The notes under the pieces are model-generated. The model was given only the letters and a program-made list of their open reading frames with translations. It had not been told where the DNA came from and ran no database searches. Below are positions 13,837-25,992 of a stretch of 64,000 nucleotides of DNA, piece after piece (the stretch's first letter is position 1; every line of letters starts with the position of its first letter). Both the position numbers and the translations under genes were made by a program. This DNA is from Octopus sinensis. Its lineage: Eukaryota. The DNA lies in assembly GCF_006345805.1 (NCBI RefSeq), contig NC_043001.1:45508001-45572000 (forward strand), written 5' to 3'.

Positions 13837-14800
13837 TTATTACCCTCTGTGCGTAAGCAAAAGCAGGGTATTGTAATCACTCATCTTTGCTTGTCTGTGT
13901 GTTCACAAGATTACTGGAAAATGGCTGCACAGATTTTCACCAAATTTGACAGAAATACACATTGGGTGAGGGTCTCAAAATGATGAAAATTTGGTTTGAT
14001 TATCTTCAAACATACATAAATACATATATACATATGTGACTGTGTGTGTGTGTGCATAGGGATGGATGCAAGGGTTTTATTTATTTATGAGTTGATTTCT
14101 TAATTTCCCCAGAGTATAAAAAAAATTTTTTTTTTAAATCGAACCTACAAATTTCCCAATAAGCAAGTGGTCATATCATTTATATCCTACATTGAATTAC
14201 AGTACATTTGATTCACCTGCCATCATTAAAAGATGTTCAAAACACTTCTCAAATTCTATGCAATATTTTTTATAAGTATTTCATTTTGTTCACTTTCTTT
14301 TTCATATGAATTGACTCTTGTCAGCTTCTATATTCATCATAGTGTACCTATGCACATAGACACATGCAGATACATACATACATATGCAACTGTATATGTG
14401 TGTATGCATGTACAGTGATGGATTCGAGGGATCTGTTTATTTACAAGTTCATGCCTTCACCTAAAATGGTGATACTTAAAAAAAAAAATTTATTTTTTTA
14501 AATTGAACTTACAAATTTGCCAATAAGCAAGTTTAGTCAAACACTTACAAAGTTTAATTCAATTCAATTAAAAAGCATGGGTAAGCAATGCATTGTAAGC
14601 CACACTATAATTTGGAAAAAAAAAATTTTGTTTTTTAAATCGAACTTACAAATTTGCCAATAAGCAAGTTTAGTCAAACACTTACAAAGTTTAATTCAAT
14701 TCAATTAAAAAGCATGGGTAAGCAATGCATTGTAAGCCACACTATAATTTGGAAAAAAAATTTATCTGCACGCAGTGTATGTATTGCCCCTCCAATGCAA
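13837..14800 (+). mobile_element. Helentron-associated non-autonomous element (HINE/DINE-1-like)
   Basis: 5' ttattaccctctgtgcgtaagca...gtctgtgtgt...gattttcaccaaatttg. The 3' subterminal inverted repeat tgcacgcagtgt is followed by the hairpin gtattg-cccctc-caatgc and a T run, which is the HINE layout. Confidence 0.7.
14490..14760. repeat. Near-perfect 137-bp tandem duplication inside the HINE
   Basis: gaacttacaaatttgccaataagcaagtttagtc starts at 14505 and 14642; a diverged partial copy lies near 14140. Confidence 0.95.
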
Positions 14801-14824
14801 TTTTTTTTCATCATTATTATTATT

Positions 14825-15022
14825 GGCAGCAAACTAGCAAGATCATCAGCATGCTGGATGAAATGCTTAGCAGTATTTTCACCCATCTCTACTTTCTGAG
14901 TTCAAATTCAGCCAAGGTTGACTTTGCCTTTCAACCATTCAGGGTCAATGAATTAAGTACCAATGAAACACTGGGATCGATGTAATCGACTTATGGCTGC
15001 CCTTGTAGCAAAATTTGAAACC
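14825..15022 (+). mobile_element. tRNA-derived SINE, same family as 11276
   Basis: ggcagcaaactagcaag...ctgagttcaaattcagccaaggttgactttgcctttc...taagtacc...cactgggatcgatgtaatcgac. Confidence 0.85.
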
Positions 15023-16289
15023 ATTATTATTACTATTATTATTATTACATGAAAAAGGCTGTGAAATGGTTGTAATCCTAAGGATGAAAAGCAGCTAAAA
15101 AAGTATATTAACCTCTCATACCTCCTGATTTTTTATGGTTTATATATATACATATATACACATGCGAGAGTGTGTATCTGAGAGAAGGGGAGATAGAGAG
15201 AGCATGTGTGTGCATATGTGTATGCATGTGTAAAAGAGAGAAAGACAGACAAAAAAAAAACAGAGAAAGAAAGAGTGGGAAAATAGGGAGTTAGTGGGTG
15301 TACATTATATATGCAAAACACAACTACACTCTTTTTGGGGCCTCATTGCAAAATTTTTGTTTCCTGCTCATATTCATCATCAACAGTTGATGATAAAAAT
15401 AATATTTTTATCACCAGATCATGGTGATGATAATATTATCATCATCATCATCATCATCATTATACGACGATAATAATATTATCAACAATACATCCAAAAC
15501 TAGATTTTTTTTCCTAGCATGTGAGTATGTATATCACACAGAAATTTAGTTTGCTTATTTAGGAAATTATAATTGTGGCATTTTTTTCTTTCTTTTTGTT
15601 TTTTGTTTCCTATAATCACACTTTTGTAATGTGGAACAGATATTTAAACATCATAGTTTATCTATTTTCTGCTATTCTACAACACAAATATTAATAAAAA
15701 TAACACAAGACTGGTAAAATCATTACACCTTTGGATAAAATACTTTCTAGTATTTACATTCGGCGTTGAAATTCACATACATAGTTGAAATCCAGCCAAG
15801 GTCAACTTTGCCTTCCATTTTCCAATAAAATACAGTACCAGTCAGTGAACCAGCAATTTTTATGTTGCAAACCTGTAACAAATAATGCTATTGTTCGCTA
15901 AATGTAATATAAATAAATGTTGAGTTTGGTTTAATTAACTAGTACCTCCCCTAAAAAAACTGTTATTGTAATTTGTGTCACTAATGCTAGAAATAATAAC
16001 ACCAACAATACTGGTGATGATTTCCAAAAAAACCATAAATTTGAAGGGGTGTATTTTTATTTTGAAAAAAACTGAGAGGCAGAGTCAGCACTGATAAGAT
16101 TTGAACTCAGAATATTATGAGACATAACTCAATACAGCAAAACATTTTGTCCAGTGCTTTACCAATTCTGCAACCAATTACTCTAGTAATAATAATTAGT
16201 AAAAAAAAATTAGTAGAAAAAGTAAAAAAATTATTAATAGATATATTTATAGATTTATGGAGGTGGGGTGTAATTTTCTGGGTTTTTTT

Positions 16290-17110
16290 TAATGGACTGG
16301 TGTAAGAAATCCGTATCCATGGCCAACATAGGTCCTTTAAAACCTATGAGATTATCATGGTTAACGTTCCTCTTGAACAGTTACAAGTTGACAATGGCAA
16401 GAAAAACATGTGCAAAGAGGAAATCCCAGAGGAGTAATGTTCTTGGTAAAGGACTGGACATAGTGCTTAGTATGGTGGCTTGGAATGAAGAGAAAAGTAT
16501 TATGAGTAACAAGAAGAGAGAAGAAATATGAGTAACAAGAAGAGAGACAAGTAAGCTGGAAGTGCCTGAGTGGAAATAGCTTGAGAGCAGCCAATTACAA
16601 GTTGTAAAGTCCACTGTAGTTGCAATACATGAAGTAGAAAGAGGAGACATGTTTGAGAACCAACCACTGAAGTACGTTGGTGAACAACTTTATTCTAATC
16701 AGCTGGGTGACCTTTCTCTGAGGACCTTCCAGAATATCTATATGTCTAACAACAATCCTATATCATATGTGAGAATACTTCATTGTAGGTTTCATTTGAG
16801 CTTTGTAAAGCATTAGTAGTTACTGAATTACATATTGGCCTTGTGATACAATCTTTGATACAATGCAGTTATGTTGAATATGTCTGTTTACCAGGAGAGG
16901 TCCTGAGTGTTGCTGAACCCCTGAGGTTTCTAGCTGTACACTGTTCATACTTTAGGATGGGTAATAGTGGTTTCTTTATATGTACATTGATTATGACTGT
17001 ACTATTTATGGTGACAAAATTGGAACAATCCTATTGGAGGGTGTTTTGGGGGTTTATGGTCATGTACTCAATGCACCTTTGATGTGAGGTATTTAGGTTG
17101 CATATGGAGA
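16290..17110 (-). mobile_element. Decayed non-LTR retrotransposon, C-terminal part after the RT domain (CR1/L2-group-like)
   Basis: Minus-strand translation LLMLYKAQMKPTMKYSHI*...ILEGPQRKVTQLI resembles the LYKAQVRPxxEYCSHIW...ILDRIQRKA motif; many stops. Confidence 0.6.
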
Positions 17111-17346
17111 GCACTTAGGTGCAGAAGGTTAGAGATGAATAAAGAGTGATATTATCTATGCAGGAGAAGCTACTACAACAGACAAGGAAGTTGGTAATGC
17201 AGAAAAAAAAAACAGATGTAGTAGAAACATTGTATCTTAGAGTTGACATGTTAACATTTACTTCACTGCTGTTTTTCTAGCAAATAGCATCTCTGAGCAA
17301 TAAACTTTAATTCTTCTAGATTTAATTCTTCTAGATATGCTTTATT

Positions 17347-17387
17347 TTTTGCTGAAGAGATCATATAAGATTGAAACATGTCCAGAG
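17347..17387 (+). ncRNA. Minimal type I hammerhead ribozyme-like motif
   Basis: uuuug-CUGAAGA-GAUC(auauaa)GAUU-GAAAC-AU-GUC-cagag. Full conserved core, GUC triplet, palindromic ACAUGU stem III, 5-bp stem I. Confidence 0.7.
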
Positions 17388-19239
17388 TTGTCTCCTACAT
17401 CTGACAAAATGACTACATTAATATTAGTTATTTCTTTTCCTCATCAATTATTTCTAAATTATTCTTGGTGGCCACTACATTAAATATGTTAACACTAACA
17501 TAACTTATTGTCTTTCATATGGCTGGTGTCTCTGAGTAATTAATGCAGTGGTTTATTCTTTTTTTAAACATGTATTTTAAATTTAATACTTATACCATTA
17601 CAAGAAAGCAGATAGCAGCAAAATATCTCAACATACACACTAGTATCTTAAAAAAGGAAGACCACATTGGATAATGACATGCCAGATGGACTATGTCTGA
17701 AAAAATACAGGATGGTCACAGCTGGAACACTCAGAGTTGACCCGAGCTGAACAACGAAAAGATTTGCAAGTGTTGTTTTGCTGTTGTTATTGTTGCTTTC
17801 CATTAGTTTGAATTAAAAAGGTCAGTGCTTACAACCTCTTTACATCCTCCCACACACAACTTTTATAGTTCTGTTGGATTGTTGCAGTTAATATTGGAAA
17901 ATGAAACAAAAGCAGAGAAGAAAATTTCAGAAGATTGTAGTTCTGGAGGAGAAGTATTGAATATATACCAGGGATGATGGGGTGGATGAGATAGTTAATG
18001 CTATAGGAATGATAATAGAAGAGATGGGGTAGATAATGAAACAGGAGGAGCATGGTGGGGTAAACACTGCTTAACACTGGACTGATGACATCAATGTTGG
18101 TGATTGACTGTTTGCTTGCTTATCAAACAAACAATTTGTTTGGAGATGAAGTGAGAGATAAGTGAATAAGAGAGAGAGAGAGAGAGAAAATATGCAAAAA
18201 AGATAGTGGATGTATGAGAGAGAAACGGTGTATTTGTGGGAGAAAGTGTATGTGTGAGAGAAGATGCATGTGAGAGAGAGAGTGTGTGTATGTAAGAGAG
18301 TGCACATGAGAGAGAGAGTATGTGTATGTATGTATGAAAGAGAATGTGTGAGAAGATGAAGAGTGACTGAGAAAGAAAGTGTGTGCACATGTGAGAGAGA
18401 AAGTGTGAGGGGGAAAAAGGAAGCTTGCACATGTATGTGTGCATGGATCTATGTATAACAAAAATAGAGACAGACTGGGGGATTGAGTGAGTGAGTGAGA
18501 GAGAGTGTGTGTGTTCAAGTGAGTTAATGTATTAGAGAAAGTGAGAATGAAAGTGTGAGAAGATTAATCTGGAAGAGTGGATGTGTAAAATAGCGAATGA
18601 AGAAAGAAAATAGATGGGTGCCACACTCAAGTTATGTCAAAAGTATTCCACTGAAGAGAATATTTTAACATTACATAGAATGAAACATTGAATTAGATAT
18701 GGCATGAAGGTACAAAATTCATGTTCAGTAAGTTGAAATACATTTCAGAAGTTCTGCGGCAACTATGTACAGGACACTTTATTCTACATGCCTCAGTTCA
18801 CCAAGGTGTCAGGAAGAAATAGCGAACCTCTAAGAATGTAACTTGTATAGAGATTGGTTTTCTATCAAGAGAACAATTAGATCCTTTTCTGCTAGACAAT
18901 TGAAGAAACTGAAGTGCCAGCAGATGGACTCTTAAGGTTACACGAAGGGATAAGGTTAGCAACTATTCAGAACTGGAGTGTTTCCTGGCTTTGTGAAAGA
19001 AACTTCAAGATATTTCAATAAGATTTCTCAAGTAGAGGTTTTACACTGTTATATATATATCAGATAATAATGAATCCATGTATGAGCTTGTAGGATACTG
19101 CTGCACATTTGAGCCCTAAGGAAATATGAATGTTATTGCTGTATATTTCAGTCACCAAGAGAACAGTTTTAAGATTGGCCTACAAGAAATAAAGCCAAAT
19201 TACCCCTTAAAGAAAAAAAAAAGAGAGGGTTCACTAGAT

Positions 19240-19606
19240 AAGCATTTCTCAACCAGGGTTCCATAAGAAAGATTGAGATAAGTTAATGTTAATTTCATGA
19301 TTGTAATATTCCTATACATGCACAACATATTATTGCTTATTGTAATATTGTAATATAGACATCATCCTATCTAACCTATTATGTTATCAAAAAATATAAC
19401 AACCATTGGGGGTATATTGAGTGATGTCCATAATTTATGGACACCCTATATATATATATATATATATATATGTGTGATATTTCCCATGTGAACTACGATG
19501 AGAAAATAAGAGAAAGATATGGTATATAATTTTTTTTTGTACAGGGTTTCTTGAGACGTAATTTATTTTAATGGCTATGCAAGAGTAAAAAGGTTGAGAA
19601 ACAGTA
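19240..19606. mobile_element. hAT-type MITE with 8-bp TSD CACTAGAT
   Basis: Termini share tttctcaacc/ggttgagaaa; the TSD is at 19232-19239 and 19607-19614. It contains a Tc1-like end (ggacaccctata) followed by (TA)n. Confidence 0.8.
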
Positions 19607-22518
19607 CACTAGATAATGTACTCCTTGATATACTATACCCCACAAAAAAATGGCCATGGCTGGAATGCCTGTGGTAATAAACCATGGCTGGTTCAAACTA
19701 CAACTGGTTATTTTTCTGTGCATTGTCCTTCAGTACAATGATTGGTTGGACATTACTGATTCAGTCAACAGTAATTTGCTTGTTACATTACATTCTTCTC
19801 ATATTGTCAGTCCAACATTGATGCTGACATTTTCTATTGTCTTCAAGAACAAATACCATCAAGAACAAATACCATCCCCTTGGAGATTAAGCACCTTTGC
19901 CCACTTCTCAATCATACATTAGAAGTAATCAAAGCATTTTAACAATCATCAACATTTAATAATCTTCATGAAACTGAATGGATCCCTAAAAGAAAGCTCT
20001 GACAAAAACTTCTGAGCAGAAAGATCCATCTGGTTAGAGTAGTCTTTCTAATAAGACAGCTGAATTCTTTGATAAATTTAAAATTTTAGAAATGGAAAAT
20101 AACAAGGGCTCAAAGCAAAGTGCCCCTATCACAAATACAAACTTTTAAGACTACAAATCCTAACATTATTTTCTTTTCTTTTCTTTCTTACATTCTTTTT
20201 CTTCTTCTGGTCTCAGTCACTGAAAAAGGACTATGCAGAACATATTTCACCTATCTCTATTTGTTGTTAAAAAATGTTTTTTTTTTTTAAATGTTTAAAA
20301 AAAAAAATCAAAGATTTATTAGACAGATACAGCCAGTGTAGAATAATTATATAGTCATTCAATCTGCTAGAAATAGCAGCTAAATCTCCTTTGGAGATGT
20401 ATTGAATAATGTTGTCCTAGATAGGTAATATCTGGAGGAAAAAATAACTAAGGATAACCGTTGGTGGAGTACCTTTGATCAGAAGTCTTATTTGATCATT
20501 AAGATAGATGCATGAAAACTATACAGCTATAAATATCAACATGCAGATATATGAAAATTACATTGCTATGCAGTGCACAAATCATTTTGAAACCTTAGAG
20601 ATTTATTACCTTCTAAATATATAACTGCTCTCAGGCTCATAATGATATTGTAAACTTCCTCAAGACCTCAAATCTATAAGAGAGATGGAAATATTGAGAC
20701 TATATGATGTTTATGTCGTTTACAAGAACATCAATGACGTAAGTAACCTAGTATTTATAAAGGATCCAGCCCATGCTAGTATGGACATTAAATGATAATG
20801 ATGACAATAGTAAACAGGATGCTGTGTGGATCATGTCTTTTTAAAAGACATTAGTACAGTAAAGAAAAATTATGGTTTCAATTTGGACCTGAAATCACCA
20901 CATGAACGCAGCTTGACAGTAGCTTATGTAAGTATTAGAATACAGATTAAGACAAAAACCCCAATGGTTGATATATTTTTTATAAGTATTAAAATAAAGA
21001 CTAAGATAAAACTACAGTCAAGAAAATCAACTTCACTAGTTTTATGAATCTATAAGGATAAGAGGTTAAATCAACCCAGGTCAGTATCTAAATTCAGAAT
21101 GTAATAGAATGTAATCACCAAGGTATTTCAGCATCCTCTTTTCCATGCATGTCAGCAAAAAAGGAATTTAAGGTCAGGAGGAATCTGTTGAGATAGATTT
21201 TCTATGTCAAGATGCTGAAATATTTTCACTTGTCCCAGACATGTTTATACAGACTGGAAATAAAAGGACACTACTTGTATGATGGTGACACTCACTCACA
21301 ACTATCATTGCAATGTCAAAATGGGGAAGTACAAGCACACACACATGTATACATACAAATATTCATACACACGCTTCATTAAATTTTTATATACCAAATC
21401 CATTCCCAAAGCTTAGGTTGGCCCAAAGCTATAGTAAAAGACACTATGTAGTTGGAAAGCAAACTTCTTAACCACACAACCATGTCTGAGCCAAATGATA
21501 AAATAATTTGCCTTGAGTAGACGATTTTACAGTCAGGGCGTAATATGTGGAGACCAAGACGTTTAATAACATTATCTAAGGATTAGTCTAATGTAAAGCA
21601 AGATTCTGTTACTAGCATGACATTCTATTTATGCTTTATAAAGATTTGATATAGTAATCACAAAATCCTAACAGCTAATGTATTTAATAAATAGAAAAAG
21701 GGAACCAAGTACATTTCATTAAACATAAATTATTCTAGAATGGACCATTGTGAGAAATGAATTATCATATATCTATCCAATGTTCCTGAGTAGAAATAAC
21801 AGTCATATTATTCATAGTCTGTTTATTCCTGCTTCTTACAAGCTCCCTACAATGAAATATGAATAACATAAGGGCTAGCCCATATCAGAAGATATATTAC
21901 AAATCTTTGCTATTACTCTTGGGAACTAAAATATTTTAACAAAAAGCTAAAACAAAAATATAAATCAGCATCAAGGAAAGAGAGTAGTGTAAGCTATAAG
22001 GAACAGAAATTACTATACTCCTGCCATAATATATACTCAATTGCACCCGGCTGAGCCAAGGAAGGAGGAAAATATCTAAGTCATTTAAACTACAAAGAAG
22101 ACAGCCAAATTCCCACCTCCTCAAAATAAATCACTTGTGGTATTTAATGTCAACTAAACTTGTGGTATGTATAGTAATTCAGACAACATTCACAGCACAA
22201 AACTGAAAGGAATGATATAGTTTGATCCATAATGGATTTAAAGGATTGGGGTGAAAGTTTACTGTGTAACCTAATATATTTATAGTAGACAGAATATGAC
22301 TGACATACCATGGTCCTCTTTGTGTGAGAATTGTGTAAATGTAATATAGAAATATAAAAAATATATAAACTAGTCTCTAAAGGTATGAAAAGTTATGAAG
22401 AATAATACTTAGTTTCATGGTGTTAAGAGTGGAGAGAAAATTCTCATGAGCTGGATGCTACTTCATCAAAGTCTATCTAACTTTTCTCTATCTGGTATCT
22501 ATTACTGAACAGTTAGAT

Positions 22519-23604
22519 CAGTGGTTCTCAGCCATTTTTTTATCTATGTACCCCTTTGATAATTATTTTATTCCAGTGGACCCCCATAGCCATTTAATGT
22601 TTAAGAGCTAGTTTTATAGATACTTCTTTCAAAATTCCTAATTTGTTTTTCACATATTAAGTTGTGTAGTTTGAACTATGTAAAATATTAGGAAAGAAAC
22701 CTACCTTGGAATACATACAACATCATTATGATCGTTGAAAGTCTACTTTACATGTTGGCATGGGTTGCAAGATTTGACAGGAGTTGGCAATCCAGAAGAC
22801 AGCACAGAGCTCCACTGTCTGTTATGGCATGGTTTTGACAGCTGGATGCCCTTCCTAATGCCAACCACTTTACAGAGTGGACTGGGTGCTCTTTACATAG
22901 CACTAGTACCAGTGAAATCTGTTTTGGCACGGTTTTCACAGTTGAATGCTTTTTATTTGGTACCAGCACCAGTGAGGTCTCCAAGTAACATGCGAGACAA
23001 AAGTTCCTTTGAAAGGATGTTGGTATTGGAGGAGGTGGCTTTGTGCCAAGTGATGAGAGGTTAGAGTATGACAGAGGGACAGAAAGAGTCTTGCTGTAGA
23101 GGAGGTACCTGGTTATCCCAGTCAGAGAGAGAAAGAGAGGGTGAGTAAGAACAAGAGAGATTGGGAGAGCAAGGGTGAGAGAGAGAGTGATGGTGATAGG
23201 TATACTCTCAAGGTACAAGGATCAGAATATAAATGGGACAGTAGAACATTGCCCAGAATACATGAGTAGAAAGTTCATATGAATGCAAAGGGTGGAGGGG
23301 GATGCAGTGACTGGTGAAACCTGAGTATATAGAGGTGGTACAACAAGATAGCAATGATACAGTTGGCAGGGAGGGCAAGGAGGGTAGGGTTGGGCTGCAT
23401 GAGTGGGGAGAGAGTGATAAACATGATTCATGAAAAAGAGGAAATGTGAGGAAGAGATGTAGTTTGGTTCAGTGGGGTAGGGTGGGTGAAAAATTTAAAT
23501 CAAAATTTTTCATGGACCCTTAAAATACTAATGGGATCCCCATGTTACTATTTTGCTTGAATAGACCCCAGAAATCTTATATGGACACCAGTTAAGAACC
23601 ACTG
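22519..23604. mobile_element. hAT-type MITE with 8-bp TSD AGTTAGAT, interrupted by a retroelement
   Basis: TIRs cagtggttct.../...agaaccactg; the TSD is at 22511-22518 and 23605-23612. Confidence 0.9.
22721..23490 (-). mobile_element. RTE-tail retroelement nested in the hAT MITE
   Basis: catcat tail, gcatgggtt and cagctggatgcccttcctaatgccaacc as in the other RTE tails, followed by a purine-rich body. The right boundary is approximate. Confidence 0.75.
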
Positions 23605-24779
23605 AGTTAGATGAACTTAGCATAGTGGAATTAATTATACCATTAAAATACACAATAAAATGCTACAGTATGTTTGAACTCAAGACCTATGAGCTAACAG
23701 TATATAACTACCAAACATACTCTCAATGAAAAGAAAACTAAAAATTATAAATTAAAAAGTGAAAGTTGACCTCAGTGAGATCAAATGGAAAATTTCAACT
23801 TCACACCACTGCATACAACTAACATGGTGTCACATAAAAAGCACTTGTGATGGTGTCATATAAAAAGCACTGAGGCATGGTTTTATAGTTGTTGCTTGAT
23901 TTGCTAGAAAGAGCAACCAAATTCTTTTTAAGTTACATTTTAACACTTTAAAATAGGAAGGACATTCTGGAAAATTTAATTTACTATTTAAAAACAAATG
24001 AAGAATTATGGTCAGGTCCACTCAATCAAGGCTAATCTATCTCTGGTATTTTTATATCCTTCTATTCATTGGATATACAGATTTCACGAGGTAGGAACAG
24101 ACACAACTGTCTTCACATGATGTACTTCAAATTACTCCACTAAACATGATACTCTAATAAATACAAACTCTCAGCAACTTCTTACGACTTTCATGAACTT
24201 TCAACGACTCCAACAACTTCTCTCATCTCAACCAATATACTACTCTTTATAAGAGTTTGGCTAGTCCATTCTTCTAATCCCACAGAGGTGTCAATGACTC
24301 TTACCACAACATCTTCCCCATTGGAAGCTAATGCTTTATTTATTTATTTATTTTTCGAGTATCTTTTAAGATTGACATATGTTGAAAGTTAATTTTTTTT
24401 TTGGAGATTTACTTTGGAGGAAAGTTTTTAATATTTCTTCTGCTTAGGCATTACTTCCAACCATTCTGTTCATGTCTTCTTTCTTGTGCTCCTACACCTA
24501 GGTTTGACTTCTTGTGGCATTGGTAAATCAAAGGTGTCATAGAGCACTTCTATGGGTATCTTTTTTCTGTATATCTATTTTTTAACTGGTTTAAATGTCT
24601 TTTTGTGTTCCCATTTTTTGCATTTTATCATATACATTTTTTTTTTTGTTACTCTGCCTTCCCAAACTTCTTTTCCACTTTTATATATTTTGAAAAACAC
24701 CTCATCACCAAAATTAAAATACTTTGTCATATTTGTAATGTTTTCCCTATTTGTTTTTCTTACTGGTAATAGCTTGTCA

Positions 24780-25110
24780 AAAATTTACTTTATTTTTTTT
24801 AGCAAACATTAGTTCTGCAGGCAACTTGCCTGAACAAATGTTTGGGTTTGGTGTTATCCTATAAACCCTCAAAAATTGTGTCAATGCTGCATCGTCAACT
24901 AGTTCATTTCTTGTTTTCTTTAATGCTCTTTTAAATGTATCCACAAACTGTTCCGCTTGCCTGTTTGATCTTGAGTGGTATGGTAGAGTAGAAACGTGTT
25001 CAATTGTGTTCAATTTTCAAAAATTTTTAAATTCATATACTGTAAACTGCATACCATTATTGGATACTATGGTGTCCAAGACACCATATCTTGCAAAGAG
25101 TTCATGAAGA
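24780..25110 (-). pseudogene. Gypsy integrase core remnant
   Basis: LHELFARYGVLDTIVSNNGMQFT...STLPYHSRSNRQAEQFVDTFKRALKK...FLRVYRITPN...PAELMF, a decayed DDE integrase. Confidence 0.93.
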
Positions 25111-25210
25111 AGATCTACATTTTAAAAATAACTGTCCTTTATGTCCAATTTTTTGACAATCAAAACATTTTAAATTCTTAAACGGACAGTTATTTTTAAA
25201 ATGTAGATCT
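25111..25210. repeat. 100-bp palindromic element with perfect 27-bp arms
   Basis: agatctacattttaaaaataactgtcc (25111-25137) is the exact reverse complement of 25184-25210; 46-bp spacer. Confidence 0.95.
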
Positions 25211-25214
25211 CTGT

Positions 25215-25992
25215 ACTCACAACATGGATTGGGTCTTGATCTTCATTTTTCTTTTTCCTTATCTATTACAGGTCAACAAGCATGTATGAGAGAGTAATCC
25301 TTTTCTTCAATTTTATTTGCGTCATATTGTAGATTAATAATTCTCTGACATTCCTCTGCCACTGCCTGCATAGTAAAATTCTGGTCCTATTCTAACTTTG
25401 TCAATATCCAGGTATGTATCTCTGCATCTTTGCTTGCAGTTAACTCTTCAACAAAAATTAGACATTTGAACATGTAAGGGATTAATTCTTTTAGCTTGAA
25501 TTTTTTGCATTCTCGATTGACGACTCTAGACTATGTGACAAAATCTTCATCTTTTTTTACAACATTCAAACACTCCCAGCAAGTACTGAACAGGGAACTT
25601 CTCTCACTGAAAATTTTCTATAACAGTTTGTTTTATTAAAACAAATTTCACAAGTTTTTTGGAGGCAGAATGTAGTTACAGTACTTTTCATATTCAGCAG
25701 GGGATAATTGTCTTAAAAGTAGTCATACCTTTTCATTGTCAGTCCAATTTTTGCATTCCTCTTTGAAGATTTCTTCATATCTTTGGAAATATGCAGAAAA
25801 AGTAATACCTTATCCTGGGTTATAACTAAATTCTGCAATTGCATTTGCTACACCATCTGGCAAGAACGATTTTGGGACTTCAACATTAATTCCAGCAACT
25901 GTTGGTATTGTTGTTTGACTCTTGGATACTGTTGTTCGACTCTTTTTGTTGTTGTTGCTGCACTGCACCATGGAGGCTAATGAATCTTCCAT
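25215..25992 (-). pseudogene. Gypsy gag remnant
   Basis: DGVANAIAEFSYNPG*GITFSAYFQRYEEIFKEECKNWTDNEKV*LLLRQLSPAEYEKYCNYILP. It matches the gag of element 2 at 35410-35620 and breaks off near RPNPC. Confidence 0.88.

Noticed and set aside
18071-18518. Three overlapping H/T/L/S-rich minus-strand ORFs
   Set aside because: Translation of a (GA)/(GT) low-complexity tract.
20819-20927. Plus-strand open segment ending at a tat|gtaagt donor
   Set aside because: No polypyrimidine tract at the acceptor and no recognisable peptide.
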